This document shows, piece after piece, positions 62,932 to 64,000 of a stretch of DNA of 64,000 bases (positions are counted from its first letter, which is position 1; every line of letters begins with the position of its first letter). Origin of the DNA: Squalus acanthias (taxonomy: Eukaryota); assembly GCA_030390025.1 (NCBI GenBank), contig CM059439.1, forward strand, positions 39,246,001 to 39,310,000. Direction: 5' to 3'. The position numbers were made by a program, and so were the translations under genes. The notes under the pieces were generated by a model, which was not told the origin of the DNA, did no database searches, and was given only the letters and a program-made list of their open reading frames with translations.

Positions 62932-64000
62932 CTCATTTAAATTTGAAAAAATCAAAATGAAAAATATAGCTTGCATGACTGACTTTTGTAAGTAGGTTTG
63001 GATTTGACTGTAAGTGTTAGATTAGTGTCTTATCTCTCATCAGTTCCTTCAAGTAAAAGTACAATCCTTTGACTCCATCTGCTGGCAATGCAGTGACTGC
63101 AATTATTTTTTTCCAAAATAATAAAGAATATTATGTTTGGGTTACAACAGTCGGATTAAAGTGGCAGTGCCAAGTCATGAAAGAATGTTTGGCGCACCTT
63201 TTTCTCATTTGTTTTCAAATACACAATATGATGATATAAATTACTCTGACATTCATTGGTGCCCCAATTACCGATGACACTATTGTGCTGAAAAAGGCAC
63301 ATGGCTTATCCAGCTCTTCTCCTAGCTTTCTCAAGAGGAAACACTGGTCTGCCCCTCCCACTGCGAAGCCAGGGAATCCCCTCCACCCACTGACTGCCGG
63401 GGACCGTTCCCATGGGTCGCCGGGTGTCGGTGGGACTTTGCAAATATTTATTCAAATGATCTTAATGGCAGGGACTCCATGTCTCCGACTATGCTGGGTT
63501 TGTCGCCACCTACTAGGCTCCCACGCACCCTTCCCGTCCCCCTGTAAAAACCGAGGCCTATGTCTCTGTAGCTATGGGTGGTGAGAGACAACAGCATTGG
63601 GGTTCAAATAAGTCACTGAGTTAGAAGCAGCAGCAAATGGGGACTTGAGCAGCAGATAGAAGCAGCAGCATCAGGACTCAGGTGGGTGGTCAGATTAGAG
63701 GAGGTCACTGTTTCTAGGGCATGGCATAAAGGGATGGTAACAATGATGGTATGCTGGAGGTGTGATCCAACAGTCTCTTAGTTGGTGGCTAATTTCAGGG
63801 GTGAGGGGGAGGCAGGGTGCTGGCATTATCATGCTCAGCCTTTGTGAAACTGGTCCGTCAGTTGCTCCAAGGTGGGTTATTCCATTCCCACCCTAGAACA
63901 GATAAATGAGAGGTGCTATTGGCAAAAAGCACTCACCTCTGAGAAACCCAACGGTAGAAACAGCTGATCTGTCCATGTGTTTGTGAAAATGAAAAGAAAT

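Overview
Vertebrate genomic DNA, most likely from a shark or other cartilaginous fish. This is inferred from the repeat landscape: CR1 and L2 LINEs, Deu-domain SINEs, Penelope-like elements and many PIF/Harbinger MITEs. The only host gene I can support is the 3' part of a Rab3 GTPase on the + strand, best matching RAB3B. Three coding exons lie at 13852-13970, 25281-25405 and 34525-34712. They have canonical AG/GT sites and compatible phases, and the protein ends in a CAC prenylation motif. The N-terminal coding exon lies upstream of the window. A possibly very long 3' UTR may run to about 50.8 kb. The rest is mostly transposable elements, often nested, plus a 4.2-kb minisatellite with a 19-bp unit whose very long minus-strand ORFs are artefacts. 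The most notable observations are: minimal hammerhead ribozyme motifs from Penelope-like elements, one in sense orientation downstream of the RAB3B stop; a non-autonomous Harbinger family that lost the transposase core but kept a Myb/SANT-like exon; a MITE-borne hairpin pairing a 5' splice site with a U1-like sequence; a tRNA-headed, internally deleted LINE; and an unexplained 134-bp structured direct repeat flanking splice signals near 62-63 kb. I found no clearly new multi-gene system. All repeat family names come from recognition, not database searches.
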